Assembly: GCA_016432625.1 (NCBI GenBank)
Contig: CP066697.1
Coordinates: 586,561 to 650,560 of the forward strand
DNA length: 64,000 nucleotides
Direction of reading: 5' to 3'
Source of the DNA: Candidatus Berkelbacteria bacterium
GTDB taxonomy: Bacteria > Patescibacteriota > UBA1384 > 2-12-FULL-50-11
A program made the position numbers and the translations under genes. Shown in pieces: positions 49,171 through 59,232 of this stretch. The notes below the pieces were generated by a model. It worked only from the letters and a program-made list of their open reading frames with translations. It was not told where the DNA came from and ran no database searches. Within the stretch, counting starts at the first letter, position 1. Each line of letters opens with the position of its first letter.

Positions 49171-52041
49171 AGACTTATCGAATTTGACAAAGAGAGCTTC
49201 GTCGCCTGACGACTCTAGTCCAACCTTGCTCTCGGCAACGTTCAGTCCTGCTAAACCACTTGCTGTAGCGACGTCTTTAGCGCGGGTTTGGAAAATATTT
49301 AGGTAGGCTTCGTCTGACGTAAAGTAAGTGAGTGCGGCTTTCTCACCAACAACAAGACCGGCTTTTTTACGTGCATCTTGCAGCAGACGGATAAGCTCGC
49401 GGTACCGTCCTTCCGCCTCAAGTTCTGGCGTCAACTTTGTTTCAAGCCGGATCATGCCGCCTTCAACGTTGACGCGGAACCAACCCTCATCGGCCTTGTC
49501 TTGAAAGTCGACTTGCTGGACGTTGACTTCATCGCGGAGGATTTCGCTAAATTCTGGTCTGTTCTCGAGGTCGGTAAACCCTTTGACGCTCAAGCTAGAT
49601 AGTGGCTGACGCAGCGAGATGCCTTCCTGAGAACGTAACATGTGAGTGGTGGAGGCGATCGAACGAACCTGATCCATCAGGCGCAACAAATCGCTCTGCT
49701 CATTGATCGAGACCTCATCAGCCGTCGGATAGTTAGCTAGGTGCACCGATTCCTTTTCGGTCAAAGTCTGATAGATGTGCTCGGCGGTAAATGGCAGAAC
49801 TGGCGCGACGGCTTCGGCAAAGCGCACTAGCACGTTGTAGAGGGTCTGTAAGGCCGCTGCATCGCCAGCCACGAAACGATCACGGCTACGACGTATATAC
49901 CAGGTCGAGAGGTCTTCGATGAAGGGGCGGATAACCCTAGCGGCGCCTGGAAGATCGAAATTACCTAGACTCGCCTGGCTTGTCGCGATAAGCTCCTCAA
50001 GACGAAGACTGATCCAGCGGTCGAGCACATCTGTGCTTTGAGCTTCGGCTGGCTGCCAGGAGTGAGCTTTAGCGTAAGTGAGTAAATACCGAAACGAGTT
50101 ATGTAGGACGTTTAGAGCACGGGCAGAATCGCGAATGTCAGTTTCGCTGATAGCCATATCCTCCCCCTGCATCACCCGGCTCGACATAAAGTAAAGACGT
50201 AGCGCTTCGGCGCTATGTTTCTCTATTGTCGCCTTTGGGTCTGGGTAGTTGCCGTAGGATTTTGACATCTTGCGCCCATCGGTCCCAAAAAGGACGCCCG
50301 TAGTAACAACGTTACGAAAGGCGGCCGATTGCTTCAGAGCGTTGCCAAGAACGTGCAAATAATAAAACCATCCCCGAAGTTGCCCGGTGTATTCAATTAT
50401 AAAATCTGCCGGGAAGTGGGCCTCAAAAACTTCTTTATTCTCAAAGGGGTAATGATCTTGGGCGTACGGCATCGAGCCCGACTCGAACCAGCAATCGAGC
50501 ACTTCTTTTACCCGACGGGCTTTCTTGCCACTAGGCAGCGTCAGTTCAACTTGGTCGATAAACGGTCGGTGCAAGTCAGTTATCTTTTGGCCACTTAGCT
50601 TTTCTAATTCCTCGATCGAGCCTGGGACAAAGATTTCGCCGTCTTCTGTCTCCCAAACTGGAATTGGCGAGCCCCAGTAACGCGTTCGCGACAGCGACCA
50701 GTCCGGTGCAGTTTCAAGATTGTGGCGGAAGCGACCAGAGCCAAAATGCTCCGGCACCCATTTGATCTGTTCGTTAGTTTTTAGTAGCTCATCGCGTAGC
50801 GGATCAATCCGCAGATACCAGGAAACCTGGGCCTTATAGATAAGCGGCGTCTCGCAGCGGTAGCAATGCGGGTATGAGTGCGCGATAGATTCTTGTTTGA
50901 ATAACAAACCGCGTTTCTCAAGATCAGCCGTCACGATCGGATCGGCTTTTTTGTAGTAAAGCCCCGCCAATGGCTCGCCGAGTTCTGGTTTGAAATGGCC
51001 TTGGTCGTCAAGCGTTTCGAGCACTGTTAAACCGACTTGTTCGCCGAGCGTTGAGTCGTCTTCGCCAAATCCCGGTGCGATGTGAACAATTCCGGTACCC
51101 TCCTCCATGCTAACGAACGTCGCAGGATAAACCTTATAGTCAGTCTCACTGTTGGCAGCGTTGTGAGGAAAAAGTGGCTCGTACTGTTGGCCAAGTAGCT
51201 TTTCGCCTTTAAAGCGCTCAACAATTTCTAGATCAAGGTCCCCGTAACGCTCCAGCGCTTGATGGGCAAGGATGTAACGCTTCTCTCCGTCCGTAACCTT
51301 GACGTACTCAGCCTCGGGGTCAACGGCCAGGCCGAAATTAGCCGGCAAGGTCCAAGGCGTTGTCGTCCACGCGAGTAACGAGACGTCGTCGCCCTCAGCC
51401 CGGAAGGCAACCGTAACACCAGGATCGGTGACATCGCGGTAGCTACCTTCATCCATCGTGACCTCAAACTTACTTAGGGGCGTGGCGCAGCGTGGGCAAT
51501 ACAGCGAAGTGCGACGGCCACGGTAAATCAAATCTTTGTCATACAACTGTTTAAACGCCCACATCACCGACTCCATGTACGCCAAATTGTCGGTACGATA
51601 GGCGTTTTCCATATCAACCCAGCGGCCGATATGATCGATATACCAGCGCCAAGCAAGGGACGTTTCGGCTACATACTTGCGACACTCTGAAATGAATTTC
51701 TCCACTCCCAGCGCCTCGATATCTTTTTTAGTTTTTAAGCCCAACTTCTTCTCTACCTGATTCTCCGCCGGTAAGCCGTGTACGTCCCAGCCCCAGATGC
51801 GGCGGACGTACTTGCCCTTCATTGTTTGGTAGCGCGGAATTACATCTTTGGCGATTGTCGGTAGGAGCGTCCCCCAGTGCGGCATGCCAGTAATAAACGG
51901 TGGCCCGTCGTAAAACGAGAAAACTTCGCCCCCAGAATTTTTCGCTAAGGATTTGGCATAAATATCGTTCTTAGACCAATAGCTAAGGACGGACTCTTCG
52001 AGCTCAAATAACGACTTGAACGGTTCGGCCTCAAACTTCAT
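49168..52041 (-). CDS. ileS: isoleucyl-tRNA synthetase
   Basis: GWDVHGLPAE, KMSKSYGN, editing domain; the start is most likely the internal MKFEAEPF (about 52041), giving an 11 nt overlap with hisS, rather than the track start 52209. Confidence 0.9.
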   Translation of the reverse strand: MKFEAEPFKSLFELEESVLSYWSKNDIYAKSLAKNSGGEVFSFYDGPPFITGMPHWGTLLPTIAKDVIPRYQTMKGKYVRRIWGWDVHGLPAENQVEKKLGLKTKKDIEALGVEKFISECRKYVAETSLAWRWYIDHIGRWVDMENAYRTDNLAYMESVMWAFKQLYDKDLIYRGRRTSLYCPRCATPLSKFEVTMDEGSYRDVTDPGVTVAFRAEGDDVSLLAWTTTPWTLPANFGLAVDPEAEYVKVTDGEKRYILAHQALERYGDLDLEIVERFKGEKLLGQQYEPLFPHNAANSETDYKVYPATFVSMEEGTGIVHIAPGFGEDDSTLGEQVGLTVLETLDDQGHFKPELGEPLAGLYYKKADPIVTADLEKRGLLFKQESIAHSYPHCYRCETPLIYKAQVSWYLRIDPLRDELLKTNEQIKWVPEHFGSGRFRHNLETAPDWSLSRTRYWGSPIPVWETEDGEIFVPGSIEELEKLSGQKITDLHRPFIDQVELTLPSGKKARRVKEVLDCWFESGSMPYAQDHYPFENKEVFEAHFPADFIIEYTGQLRGWFYYLHVLGNALKQSAAFRNVVTTGVLFGTDGRKMSKSYGNYPDPKATIEKHSAEALRLYFMSSRVMQGEDMAISETDIRDSARALNVLHNSFRYLLTYAKAHSWQPAEAQSTDVLDRWISLRLEELIATSQASLGNFDLPGAARVIRPFIEDLSTWYIRRSRDRFVAGDAAALQTLYNVLVRFAEAVAPVLPFTAEHIYQTLTEKESVHLANYPTADEVSINEQSDLLRLMDQVRSIASTTHMLRSQEGISLRQPLSSLSVKGFTDLENRPEFSEILRDEVNVQQVDFQDKADEGWFRVNVEGGMIRLETKLTPELEAEGRYRELIRLLQDARKKAGLVVGEKAALTYFTSDEAYLNIFQTRAKDVATASGLAGLNVAESKVGLESSGDEALFVKFDKS

Positions 52042-53266
52042 ACTCGGTCCGTCTGTAAGAGCGCTGAGCGCCGCTTGAAAGGTCCTTGACGACAATCTGA
52101 CCCTGTCGCCATTCCTCGCCTGTCGGCAGGTATATTTCGGCGTAGCCTTTTTTGTCAGCGTATTTAATCTGTTTGCCGAGCGGGATGGCGCTGTCTGGAA
52201 AAACCTCAACGATCTTGCCTAAGCCGCGAAGTTTGCGGGCCCAGGCGCGCGTCTCGTTTTCCGTCTCCGGTAGCAAGACAATAAATATCTCGCCTTCTCG
52301 GATGAATTCGGTCGTTACATCAACTAAACGATCGACGCCAAATGAGATGCCGACGGCGGGAATTTTCTCACCAGTTAAGTCTTCGACCAACGAGTCGTAG
52401 CGGCCGCCGCCGATAACCGAGCCAACCTCAACTTCGGCGTCTTTAACGGAAGCCTCGATGATCGTCCCGGTGTAGTAGTCCAGACCCCGAACCATACTCG
52501 GCGCGTAATTGACGTCTAGCCCAAGAGTTTTAGCGTACGAGAGCAGACTAGCCAAGTCGCTCACTACCTCTTCGCCGACTAATTTTGCCGTGGCATCGAG
52601 CGTAGGCTTATCGGAGAGAAATATCCCCTGCATTTGACGTAATTGATTCGCGGTGAGGCCGGTTACGAGCAACTCTTTGCTGAGAGCTTCTTCGGAGATC
52701 TTCGCTTTCTTGTCGAGCGTGCGCAATACTTTGCCTCTTATCGCCATCTCAACCTTGAGTTCATCAAAAATTCTAGCGACTAAACGACGATCATTGAGCT
52801 CGACAGTAAATTCAGCGATTACCGCTTCGGCGGCGGCGATGATCTCCAATAGCTCGCGTTCTGCCCCGAGCGAGGCCACGCCGACGATATCGACATCGGC
52901 CTGAGTAAACTGGCGAAGCCGACCGGCCTGAGCCTTCTCGGCTCGCCAACTTGAGCCAATCTCGTACCTTTTGAATGGCAAGTTCAGCGATTGGCGGTTC
53001 GCGGCGACGTACCTCGCAAGAGGCACCGTCAGGTCGAAACGCAAGCCAACCGATCGTTTGCCATTATCTTCAAAGAGGTAGAGTTGTTTTTGGCCTTCTT
53101 CGCCGTACTTATTGAGCAGGATGTCTTGTCGCTCCAGCGCTGGAGTGTCCATGGAGATAAAGCCGAAGGACTCGAAAATCTCGCGTAAACGACTAGCTAT
53201 CTCGTACTTGGGCGAGCCGACAAGGTCACGAAAACCGCTCAAAGGCTGAAGTTGTTGGCTATCCAT
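52031..53266 (-). CDS. hisS: histidyl-tRNA synthetase
   Basis: Class II motifs GFRDLVG, RYEIGSSWRAEKAQAGRLRQFTQADVDIVG and C-terminal anticodon-binding domain. Confidence 0.9.
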   Translation of the reverse strand: MDSQQLQPLSGFRDLVGSPKYEIASRLREIFESFGFISMDTPALERQDILLNKYGEEGQKQLYLFEDNGKRSVGLRFDLTVPLARYVAANRQSLNLPFKRYEIGSSWRAEKAQAGRLRQFTQADVDIVGVASLGAERELLEIIAAAEAVIAEFTVELNDRRLVARIFDELKVEMAIRGKVLRTLDKKAKISEEALSKELLVTGLTANQLRQMQGIFLSDKPTLDATAKLVGEEVVSDLASLLSYAKTLGLDVNYAPSMVRGLDYYTGTIIEASVKDAEVEVGSVIGGGRYDSLVEDLTGEKIPAVGISFGVDRLVDVTTEFIREGEIFIVLLPETENETRAWARKLRGLGKIVEVFPDSAIPLGKQIKYADKKGYAEIYLPTGEEWRQGQIVVKDLSSGAQRSYRRTEYEV

Positions 53267-53309
53267 GATAAGGACATTCTAACCTAAAAAGTCACACCCG
53301 CGCACTAGG

Positions 53310-54257
53310 TTAGAGGAAGCTAGTTGTGGGGACTGGCAGCTGGCGGTCCTCGGTGTTGCCGCTTAGAACACGGCAATTCTTACCGAATTGGAAGTAACGC
53401 ACTGCGCTGTAGCGCTCACGCAGGTTGGCCGAACCTATTGACCGTGCCTGATCCCAATACTCTTCCTTCTCCTTAGGGTTATCCTCCCGCGAAGGGGTCG
53501 CTCCGTCGTAAGTCTCGGTGCGCCAAAGTTGCCGGCGCAAGAACGACAGCAGCGCTTCTGGCAAGATGCTTAACATCTTCAAGTCGGCTTGGCGATAGCC
53601 CCGCAAGCGTTTGATTAAATTGGGCGCTAAAACCGGCTCAAGTAGGATCAAACCAGCCCAGCTATGGCCGGTTGGTTCGATAACGGCGCGAGCATGAACG
53701 AAACGATAACAGCAGGCCACTGGCAAGTAGCCGTGACTGCCAGAGCGCTGGGATAGCGCTTTAAGCTCTTGGCGCATCTTATCAGACATCACTTCCTTGC
53801 CGGCACCGTTGTATTTGACCTTGGACAGGATCTCGCCGATGTCGCCCATCATCACTGAAAGAATTTTGCCGTCTTTAGTTTCGAAAATTCTTTGTTCGCC
53901 CCATAAACTTAGACCGTGACAGTGAAGCAGTGTTGCCGCGGAGCGCTGCTCTATACCTAGGGTTGAAATGATAATCATTTCTAACGGCGTACCACTATTA
54001 CAGGTTTGATAACGGAACATGCTGAGATATTCTTCGAGCTGTTTTCTGGCGGTACTTGTAGGAGCGGTGGAATTTTTCTCAGTACTTGAGACCCCGGCCG
54101 GGATAAAACGGGCCGTTTGCCAAGCTGTGATTAGGGTGCCTAGTGGTTCGACGATTAGTAACGGCGGCTTATTTGTGTCGCGGCCGTGGCGCAGAAGCAC
54201 CAAGATAAACACGATTAGCAGCACAACCGGTACTAGCCAGAAGATTATCCCCTCCAT
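53310..54257 (-). CDS. hypothetical membrane-anchored protein (315 aa)
   Basis: N-terminal TM helix; no motif. Confidence 0.4.
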   Translation of the reverse strand: MEGIIFWLVPVVLLIVFILVLLRHGRDTNKPPLLIVEPLGTLITAWQTARFIPAGVSSTEKNSTAPTSTARKQLEEYLSMFRYQTCNSGTPLEMIIISTLGIEQRSAATLLHCHGLSLWGEQRIFETKDGKILSVMMGDIGEILSKVKYNGAGKEVMSDKMRQELKALSQRSGSHGYLPVACCYRFVHARAVIEPTGHSWAGLILLEPVLAPNLIKRLRGYRQADLKMLSILPEALLSFLRRQLWRTETYDGATPSREDNPKEKEEYWDQARSIGSANLRERYSAVRYFQFGKNCRVLSGNTEDRQLPVPTTSFL

Positions 54258-54273
54258 TTATTTCAATAATAGC

Positions 54274-55419
54274 TTAGTTCTTCTCGACTGGGGTAACAAT
54301 CAAAAGCCGATCATCATCAGCTTGAGGGTTAGTTCGGCCGTCGCGGTTGCTGGTTGTGACGTAAACGGAGCCATCGCCCTTGGCTAGAACGGCCCGTAAG
54401 CGACCGTACGTTTTATCAATTAGAACTTCTTGACTCGCGATCTTGCCGTCGATAATTTCGATTTTCTGTAGCTTCTGACTGCGCAAGCCGGCGAATATCG
54501 CGGTGTAGCGTAACTCCCAAATTTTTAGGCCCACAAAGTCGATGCCGGATGGCGCCCAAGTTTCATCGCCAGAGCCAAGTAACGGGGCAACGAAACCAGT
54601 GTGGTCAAGCGCGCCGCGCTTGGCGGTTGGCCAACCGTAGTTTTGACCTGGCTGGATGGCGTTCAGCTCGTCGTTTGCGGTTTCGCCGTGCTCGGTGGCG
54701 TACATCTCTTCAGTTAGACTGTGCCAAGTTAATCCTTGGGGATTACGGTGGCCGAGCGTATAGACAAGCGAGCCTTTCGTTGGATTATCATCCGGCACAC
54801 TGCCGTCGTCTTTTAGGCGCAAAATCTTCCCCTCAAGTCTCTTTGGATCCTGAGCTAGAGCCGGGCGAGCGGCGTCGCCTGTCAAGACATAGAGCAAGTC
54901 GTCTGGGCCGAAGCGCAACCGACCACCGTTATGAATCTGCCCGCCAGCCAGACCGTCAAGAATCGTCTTATTTTCGGTTAACTTGTTATTTTCAAAGACG
55001 TAACGGACCACTTTATTTTTCAGCTCGCCGCCGGTGCGGTAGGTGTAGTAAAGATAAAGCCAGTGATTCTCGGGGAATTTGGGGTGTAGAGCGATTCCGG
55101 TCAGCCCTGATTCAGAAACGGTGGCGACCGGCAACTCAGCGACAGTTTGAACGGTTTTCGTGTCCCAAAGTTTGAGCTTACCAGTGCGCTCGGTGATCAA
55201 GAGCCCTCCGTCAGGCAGCTGGGCCAAATCCCAGGGAATATCTAGACCAGTCAATAATACTTTTGTTTCCCAGGTAAATTGCTTCTCCTTGTAGAGGGGG
55301 CCTGATTTATTTGACGTTGCCTCTTGCTTAGTTGGTTGGATTGATGGCGTCAGTTGGCTACCAAGCAGTAGCAGCAGTAGAACCGCAAAATTCCACCACC
55401 AGATACTAACGTCTTTCAT
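54274..55419 (-). CDS. secreted PQQ-dependent sugar dehydrogenase (soluble glucose/sorbosone dehydrogenase family)
   Basis: Beta-propeller motifs GLTGIALHPKF..., TLGHRNPQGLTWH, ATEHGETANDELNAIQPGQNYGWP. Confidence 0.75.
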   Translation of the reverse strand: MKDVSIWWWNFAVLLLLLLGSQLTPSIQPTKQEATSNKSGPLYKEKQFTWETKVLLTGLDIPWDLAQLPDGGLLITERTGKLKLWDTKTVQTVAELPVATVSESGLTGIALHPKFPENHWLYLYYTYRTGGELKNKVVRYVFENNKLTENKTILDGLAGGQIHNGGRLRFGPDDLLYVLTGDAARPALAQDPKRLEGKILRLKDDGSVPDDNPTKGSLVYTLGHRNPQGLTWHSLTEEMYATEHGETANDELNAIQPGQNYGWPTAKRGALDHTGFVAPLLGSGDETWAPSGIDFVGLKIWELRYTAIFAGLRSQKLQKIEIIDGKIASQEVLIDKTYGRLRAVLAKGDGSVYVTTSNRDGRTNPQADDDRLLIVTPVEKN

Positions 55420-55516
55420 CGGTGATCCAAGTCTAGCACTAATAAGGCCTAAAGAAATGGGCGGCCCAAGAGGCCGCCCGATTCAATTCATAGAGGAGCA
55501 ACGTGAGGCGTTTCGG

Positions 55517-56614
55517 CTAGTAGGCGATCAAGTCGGACAGTAGCCCGACGCGCTTGGCAGCCAGGGAAGCGATCCGCTCGACATCCTCATCCTCAACTCG
55601 CCGCTCGAAGCTGCGATAGCCAGACAAGCCGAAGCCTTGGCGCGTCGCCAGGCGGCTGATCTCCTCTACCTGCTCTGGCGAAACGTCCTTGCCGCAAGTG
55701 AACGCCTCGCAGCGTCCCTCCAGCGCCAGAACCATAGTCTCGCTCATGCAAGCGTAAGCGTCATAAGGCGGGAAGCCGAAGTTCAAGCCAAAACTTGGCT
55801 TGCCCGGCACTCGCACTACGCCGCCCTCGATGACCAAAACGTCTTGGCGCTCTTTCTGTACCCGGAAGCTGACGTCGCGTGGCCGAGCCACATCGACGAC
55901 AACCGTCCCAGGCGAGAGGTGCTCCGACTTAATGACGTCAGTATCGGAACTAGTGACCGAGATCACCAGGTGCGCTTTGCGAATGATGCCGACGTCGGTG
56001 GTGGCTGTACTCAGTGGCAGGCCGATCGATTCGGCTGCTGCTTGCGTTCGATCCAGGTCGCGACCGATCAAGTAGGTTACGGCGAATCGATCCTTGAGCA
56101 TCTGAGCACAAGTTTTGCCGATCGCGCCTGTAGCGCCAACCACCGCCAGTACCCCTTCGAACCTTAGGTCCAAATTGGGGTACAGGCGTCCAACGGCATC
56201 CATGCCAGCCTCGATCGCTGTGGCAACCGTGTAGCTGTTGCCGCTAGTGACTGGAACCCGGCTGCGGGCGTTAAGGGTAATTCCCCCATCGCCGATGCAC
56301 GCCGTGTGCGCGCCCAGGCCAACGACTTCGGCGCCTTCTTGGGCGGCGATTTCGATCGCCTTGAGAATCCTCTTGTAGGAGAACTCTAGAGGCAGTTTTT
56401 GTAGCATCCGTGTGGACATCGGCACGCCGACGAAAACACCCTGCGTCACTGCCCCTGTTGGGCTGGTGATGACGCTAGTGCGTCCAACAACAGACGGACC
56501 CTTCATCAGCATAAAGAGCTCGATCAACGGATCGGGCCAACGCTGAAGGAAGGGATAACGACGAGCGGCGTCCTTCGCAGTAACTGCGTGGACGATGAAG
56601 CCAAATTTCTTCAC
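55517..56614 (-). CDS. acyl-ACP-reductase (AAR)-family NAD(P)-binding oxidoreductase
   Basis: N-terminal KFGFIVHAVT (compare AAR MFGLIGHLT), VVGLGAHTACIG and Rossmann VVGATGAIGKTCAQML; noticeably higher GC than its neighbours. Confidence 0.55.
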   Translation of the reverse strand: MKKFGFIVHAVTAKDAARRYPFLQRWPDPLIELFMLMKGPSVVGRTSVITSPTGAVTQGVFVGVPMSTRMLQKLPLEFSYKRILKAIEIAAQEGAEVVGLGAHTACIGDGGITLNARSRVPVTSGNSYTVATAIEAGMDAVGRLYPNLDLRFEGVLAVVGATGAIGKTCAQMLKDRFAVTYLIGRDLDRTQAAAESIGLPLSTATTDVGIIRKAHLVISVTSSDTDVIKSEHLSPGTVVVDVARPRDVSFRVQKERQDVLVIEGGVVRVPGKPSFGLNFGFPPYDAYACMSETMVLALEGRCEAFTCGKDVSPEQVEEISRLATRQGFGLSGYRSFERRVEDEDVERIASLAAKRVGLLSDLIAY

Positions 56615-56761
56615 GTTTTTCCTCCGAAAGTAAAAAGGTCACAGACCGTCGCTAAATTCTACTCGAATACTTGGTAAAAGTCAGTAACTTAGGCGCCGTA
56701 AATGTCTTGACCAAAATAAGAGCTCCGCCATTTTGGATATTGAAATTACCCGGAGTATCGC

Positions 56762-56790
56762 TCGACCTAACAGGTGCAAACGGGTAGAAT
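56762..56790 (+). promoter_or_regulatory. putative promoter of tRNA-Glu (TCGACC-17-TAGAAT)
   Basis: TCGACC 56762-56767, 17 nt spacer, TAGAAT 56785-56790; tRNA begins 12 nt downstream. Confidence 0.35.
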
Positions 56791-56802
56791 GTTCAGGATA
56801 TT

Positions 56803-56876
56803 GGTCCCGTCGTCTAGTGGCCTAGGATATCTGGTTCTCATCCAGAAGATCACGGGTTCGAATCCCGTCGGGACCG
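56803..56876 (+). tRNA. trnE: tRNA-Glu (anticodon CUC)
   Basis: Hand-folded: acceptor GGTCCCG/CGGGACC, D-arm GTCTAGTGGCCTAGGAT typical of tRNA-Glu, anticodon stem TCTGG/CCAGA with loop TT-CTC-AT, T-arm ACGGG-TTCGAAT-CCCGT, discriminator G; no encoded CCA. Confidence 0.85.
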
Positions 56877-57039
56877 CATTGTTCGGTGAAATGCACGCAA
56901 TTTGACAGCTTCCTTAGAGAAGCAACAAAGCGCCTACGCCTACGCGGGGGCGTTTTGTGAGATAACCCGAAATCCCAAACCTGAAGCGGTTCGACTCCCA
57001 CTGGGAGTCGACACGTAGCTCCATTGTGCTACTGTCCAT

Positions 57040-57582
57040 TTGATGGAATCGGCTGGTTTGGAGCGCATTGCTGACGCGATTGAAAATATCTCCCGAAACA
57101 ACTGGAGTTGGGTGGTGGGTGTAATTAGTTCAATCACGGCGGTCGTATCTGTTTGGGTTGCATTTCGTGCCGCAAAAACCTCACAAGAAACACAAATGGA
57201 TTTACTGCGACCCGTGATTGCGCCGATCTCAGAAGGATGGGTACACAACGGCAATCACATCAAATTCAAAATCAAGAATATCGGACAGGGCCCACTGACA
57301 AATCTCGCTTGTCCACAACGTAGCCTCGGAGCAGCGCCTAATTCCTCAAGTTTAGCCCCAAGTCAGGACACCGAAGTATGGATGGCGGGGAGCGCCGAAG
57401 ACGCACTGGCAAAAGCGGGTAGCATCCTCTTTCGCTATCAAGACACCTACGGACGCACTTGCGAGACAACAATAAAGCTGGCTGTAAGCAGGCAGGGCCC
57501 AGATCACACAACCAGCTACGATTTTGGATTACCTGAGAGATGGCCAAGCAAGTCGATCGTAGTAAAAAACACGTTGAACTAA
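57040..57582 (+). CDS. hypothetical membrane protein (180 aa) in a low-GC ORFan patch after tRNA-Glu
   Basis: One TM helix (WSWVVGVISSITAVVSVWVAF); no motif; the overlapping minus-strand ORF was rejected. Confidence 0.3.
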   Translation: MMESAGLERIADAIENISRNNWSWVVGVISSITAVVSVWVAFRAAKTSQETQMDLLRPVIAPISEGWVHNGNHIKFKIKNIGQGPLTNLACPQRSLGAAPNSSSLAPSQDTEVWMAGSAEDALAKAGSILFRYQDTYGRTCETTIKLAVSRQGPDHTTSYDFGLPERWPSKSIVVKNTLN

Positions 57583-58159
57583 CAAGGGAAAGAGCTCGTG
57601 AATTAGCTCATCTCATTTTGTTCTGTATTAAACAAACGCCCGATAAGCCCTGTGAAACTCCCTGTGAGCTGCAAAAGAGCAAGAAATGGGAGAATATTCG
57701 GGTTGTCTTTAACGACCCAGAATAGACAGAGTCTCTTGGTTAAAGCGAGAGCCCTCTGATGGAACATCAAGAGGGCTCGGAAGCGGCGAGGGTGGCCTAT
57801 GCGGTCATTTTGGCCGTTCTGACGGCAGCGATGCCATCGGGGCCACCCGGTTGGGCGACGGCGGGGCCGGCGTGCGAACGACGTTCGCGTTTCTTCAAGA
57901 TACGATACTCCTCCTCAGAGACGGGAGGGAACGGGTCAAGAATGAGTCGTCGTAGATCCTCGGGATCTTTCACATTGTATTGGTTCACGGCTAAGCCTCC
58001 GAGCATAGCCTATAACTTGCACTATCGTGAGTCAATGTGCGCTAGGCTTCGTTCAAGATAAACTCCGAATAGAGTTCTAGAAAAAACCTCAGTAGTGTTC
58101 TGGTTTGGATCTTTTCACTTCTCGGTTTACGGTGCGGACTTGTGTGCATGGGTCCGCAA

Positions 58160-58792
58160 TCAAGCGTTAGCTAGCGCGACACGGCTTTGTTCCGCCAACC
58201 AGTCTTCAAGGTCACTCGGTGGTTCGAAATGATCCTGACAGCGAGTTTCATAGGTTCGGTTCTTAACAGACCCTTCCGGCGTCACGGTATCAACAAAAGC
58301 CGAGGCCGGCTGACCATCCTCCAGCATCTGGGTGTATTCAGCTAGCTCCCTCTTGCAGACGTCGCAGTAGGCCTTGAGCTTGTGGACTTCGTTCGCGATT
58401 GCTAGCAGGTGCCCCATCGGCCCAAAGGGTAAGCCACGGAAGTCTTTATCTAAGCCGGTGATAAACACGTCAGCCTGGTCTCTGATCTTCATGACAACAT
58501 AGAGGAGCTCGGGGTCAAAGAAATTGGCTTCGTCGATTAGCACTAAATCCACTTCAGGTTTGAGGTGGCGCAAAATTTCCTTACTCTGACCGATAACCTT
58601 GGCAGGAATACAGACCTGGGGGTTTAAGCGGGTGCGGATACAATTGTCGTCGTAACGAGTATCGGCTCGGGGTTTGAAAGCGGTGACTTTGGCGCGTTTT
58701 TGGTTGGCACAATAGGCCTGGTAGGCATGTAACAACCGCAGTGTCTTGGCTGTTTTCATCGGGCCTGTAAAAACCACCACGCGGTTTGCCAT
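58160..58792 (-). CDS. tdk: thymidine kinase
   Basis: Variant P-loop FTGPMKTAKT, LIDEANFF, zinc ribbon CDVCKRELAEYTQ; the start is probably the internal MANRVVVF. Confidence 0.7.
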   Translation of the reverse strand: MANRVVVFTGPMKTAKTLRLLHAYQAYCANQKRAKVTAFKPRADTRYDDNCIRTRLNPQVCIPAKVIGQSKEILRHLKPEVDLVLIDEANFFDPELLYVVMKIRDQADVFITGLDKDFRGLPFGPMGHLLAIANEVHKLKAYCDVCKRELAEYTQMLEDGQPASAFVDTVTPEGSVKNRTYETRCQDHFEPPSDLEDWLAEQSRVALANA

Positions 58793-58830
58793 TGAGCTCA
58801 AAATATTGAGTTTTCGTTCCGGAAGCAAGC

Positions 58831-59232
58831 CTACTTACCCTCGAGCAGATCCCTAACCTTGCCGACGAGTTCTTGAGGACCAATGGCAGTTTTGAGGTAA
58901 TATCCCTGTACCATCTCGGCGGCTTCGCGCTGATAATCCGGGTTGGGCATGGCGGTAAGAATAATAACCGGGGTGTGCTTGCATTCGGGCAAGCTACGGT
59001 AGATTTTGAGGGCGCGCAGGCCACCTTGGCGCGGTAACATCAGATCTAGAATAATTACGTCCGGCTTACTATTTAACGCCTCATCAATTGCTTGCTCTCC
59101 GTCCACCGCTTCAAAAACCTCGAAATTATTGTGACGGAATATATCTTTATAAAGCCGGCGTAGTTCGTCGTTATCTTCAACTAGAAGCACTTTATGGCGG
59201 GCCATCTGCAAGAATAATACGCTAATCGGCAA
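58831..59232 (-). CDS. stand-alone response-regulator receiver (REC) domain protein
   Basis: VLLVEDNDELRRLYKDIF...DVIILDLMLPRQGG; no output domain. Confidence 0.75.
   Translation of the reverse strand: MPISVLFLQMARHKVLLVEDNDELRRLYKDIFRHNNFEVFEAVDGEQAIDEALNSKPDVIILDLMLPRQGGLRALKIYRSLPECKHTPVIILTAMPNPDYQREAAEMVQGYYLKTAIGPQELVGKVRDLLEGK

Noticed and set aside
56936-57010. tRNA-like fragment (GCGGTTCGACTCC) after tRNA-Glu suggesting an attR repeat
   Set aside because: Flanking sequence cannot form a T-stem or acceptor stem and it is not a copy of the tRNA-Glu 3' end.
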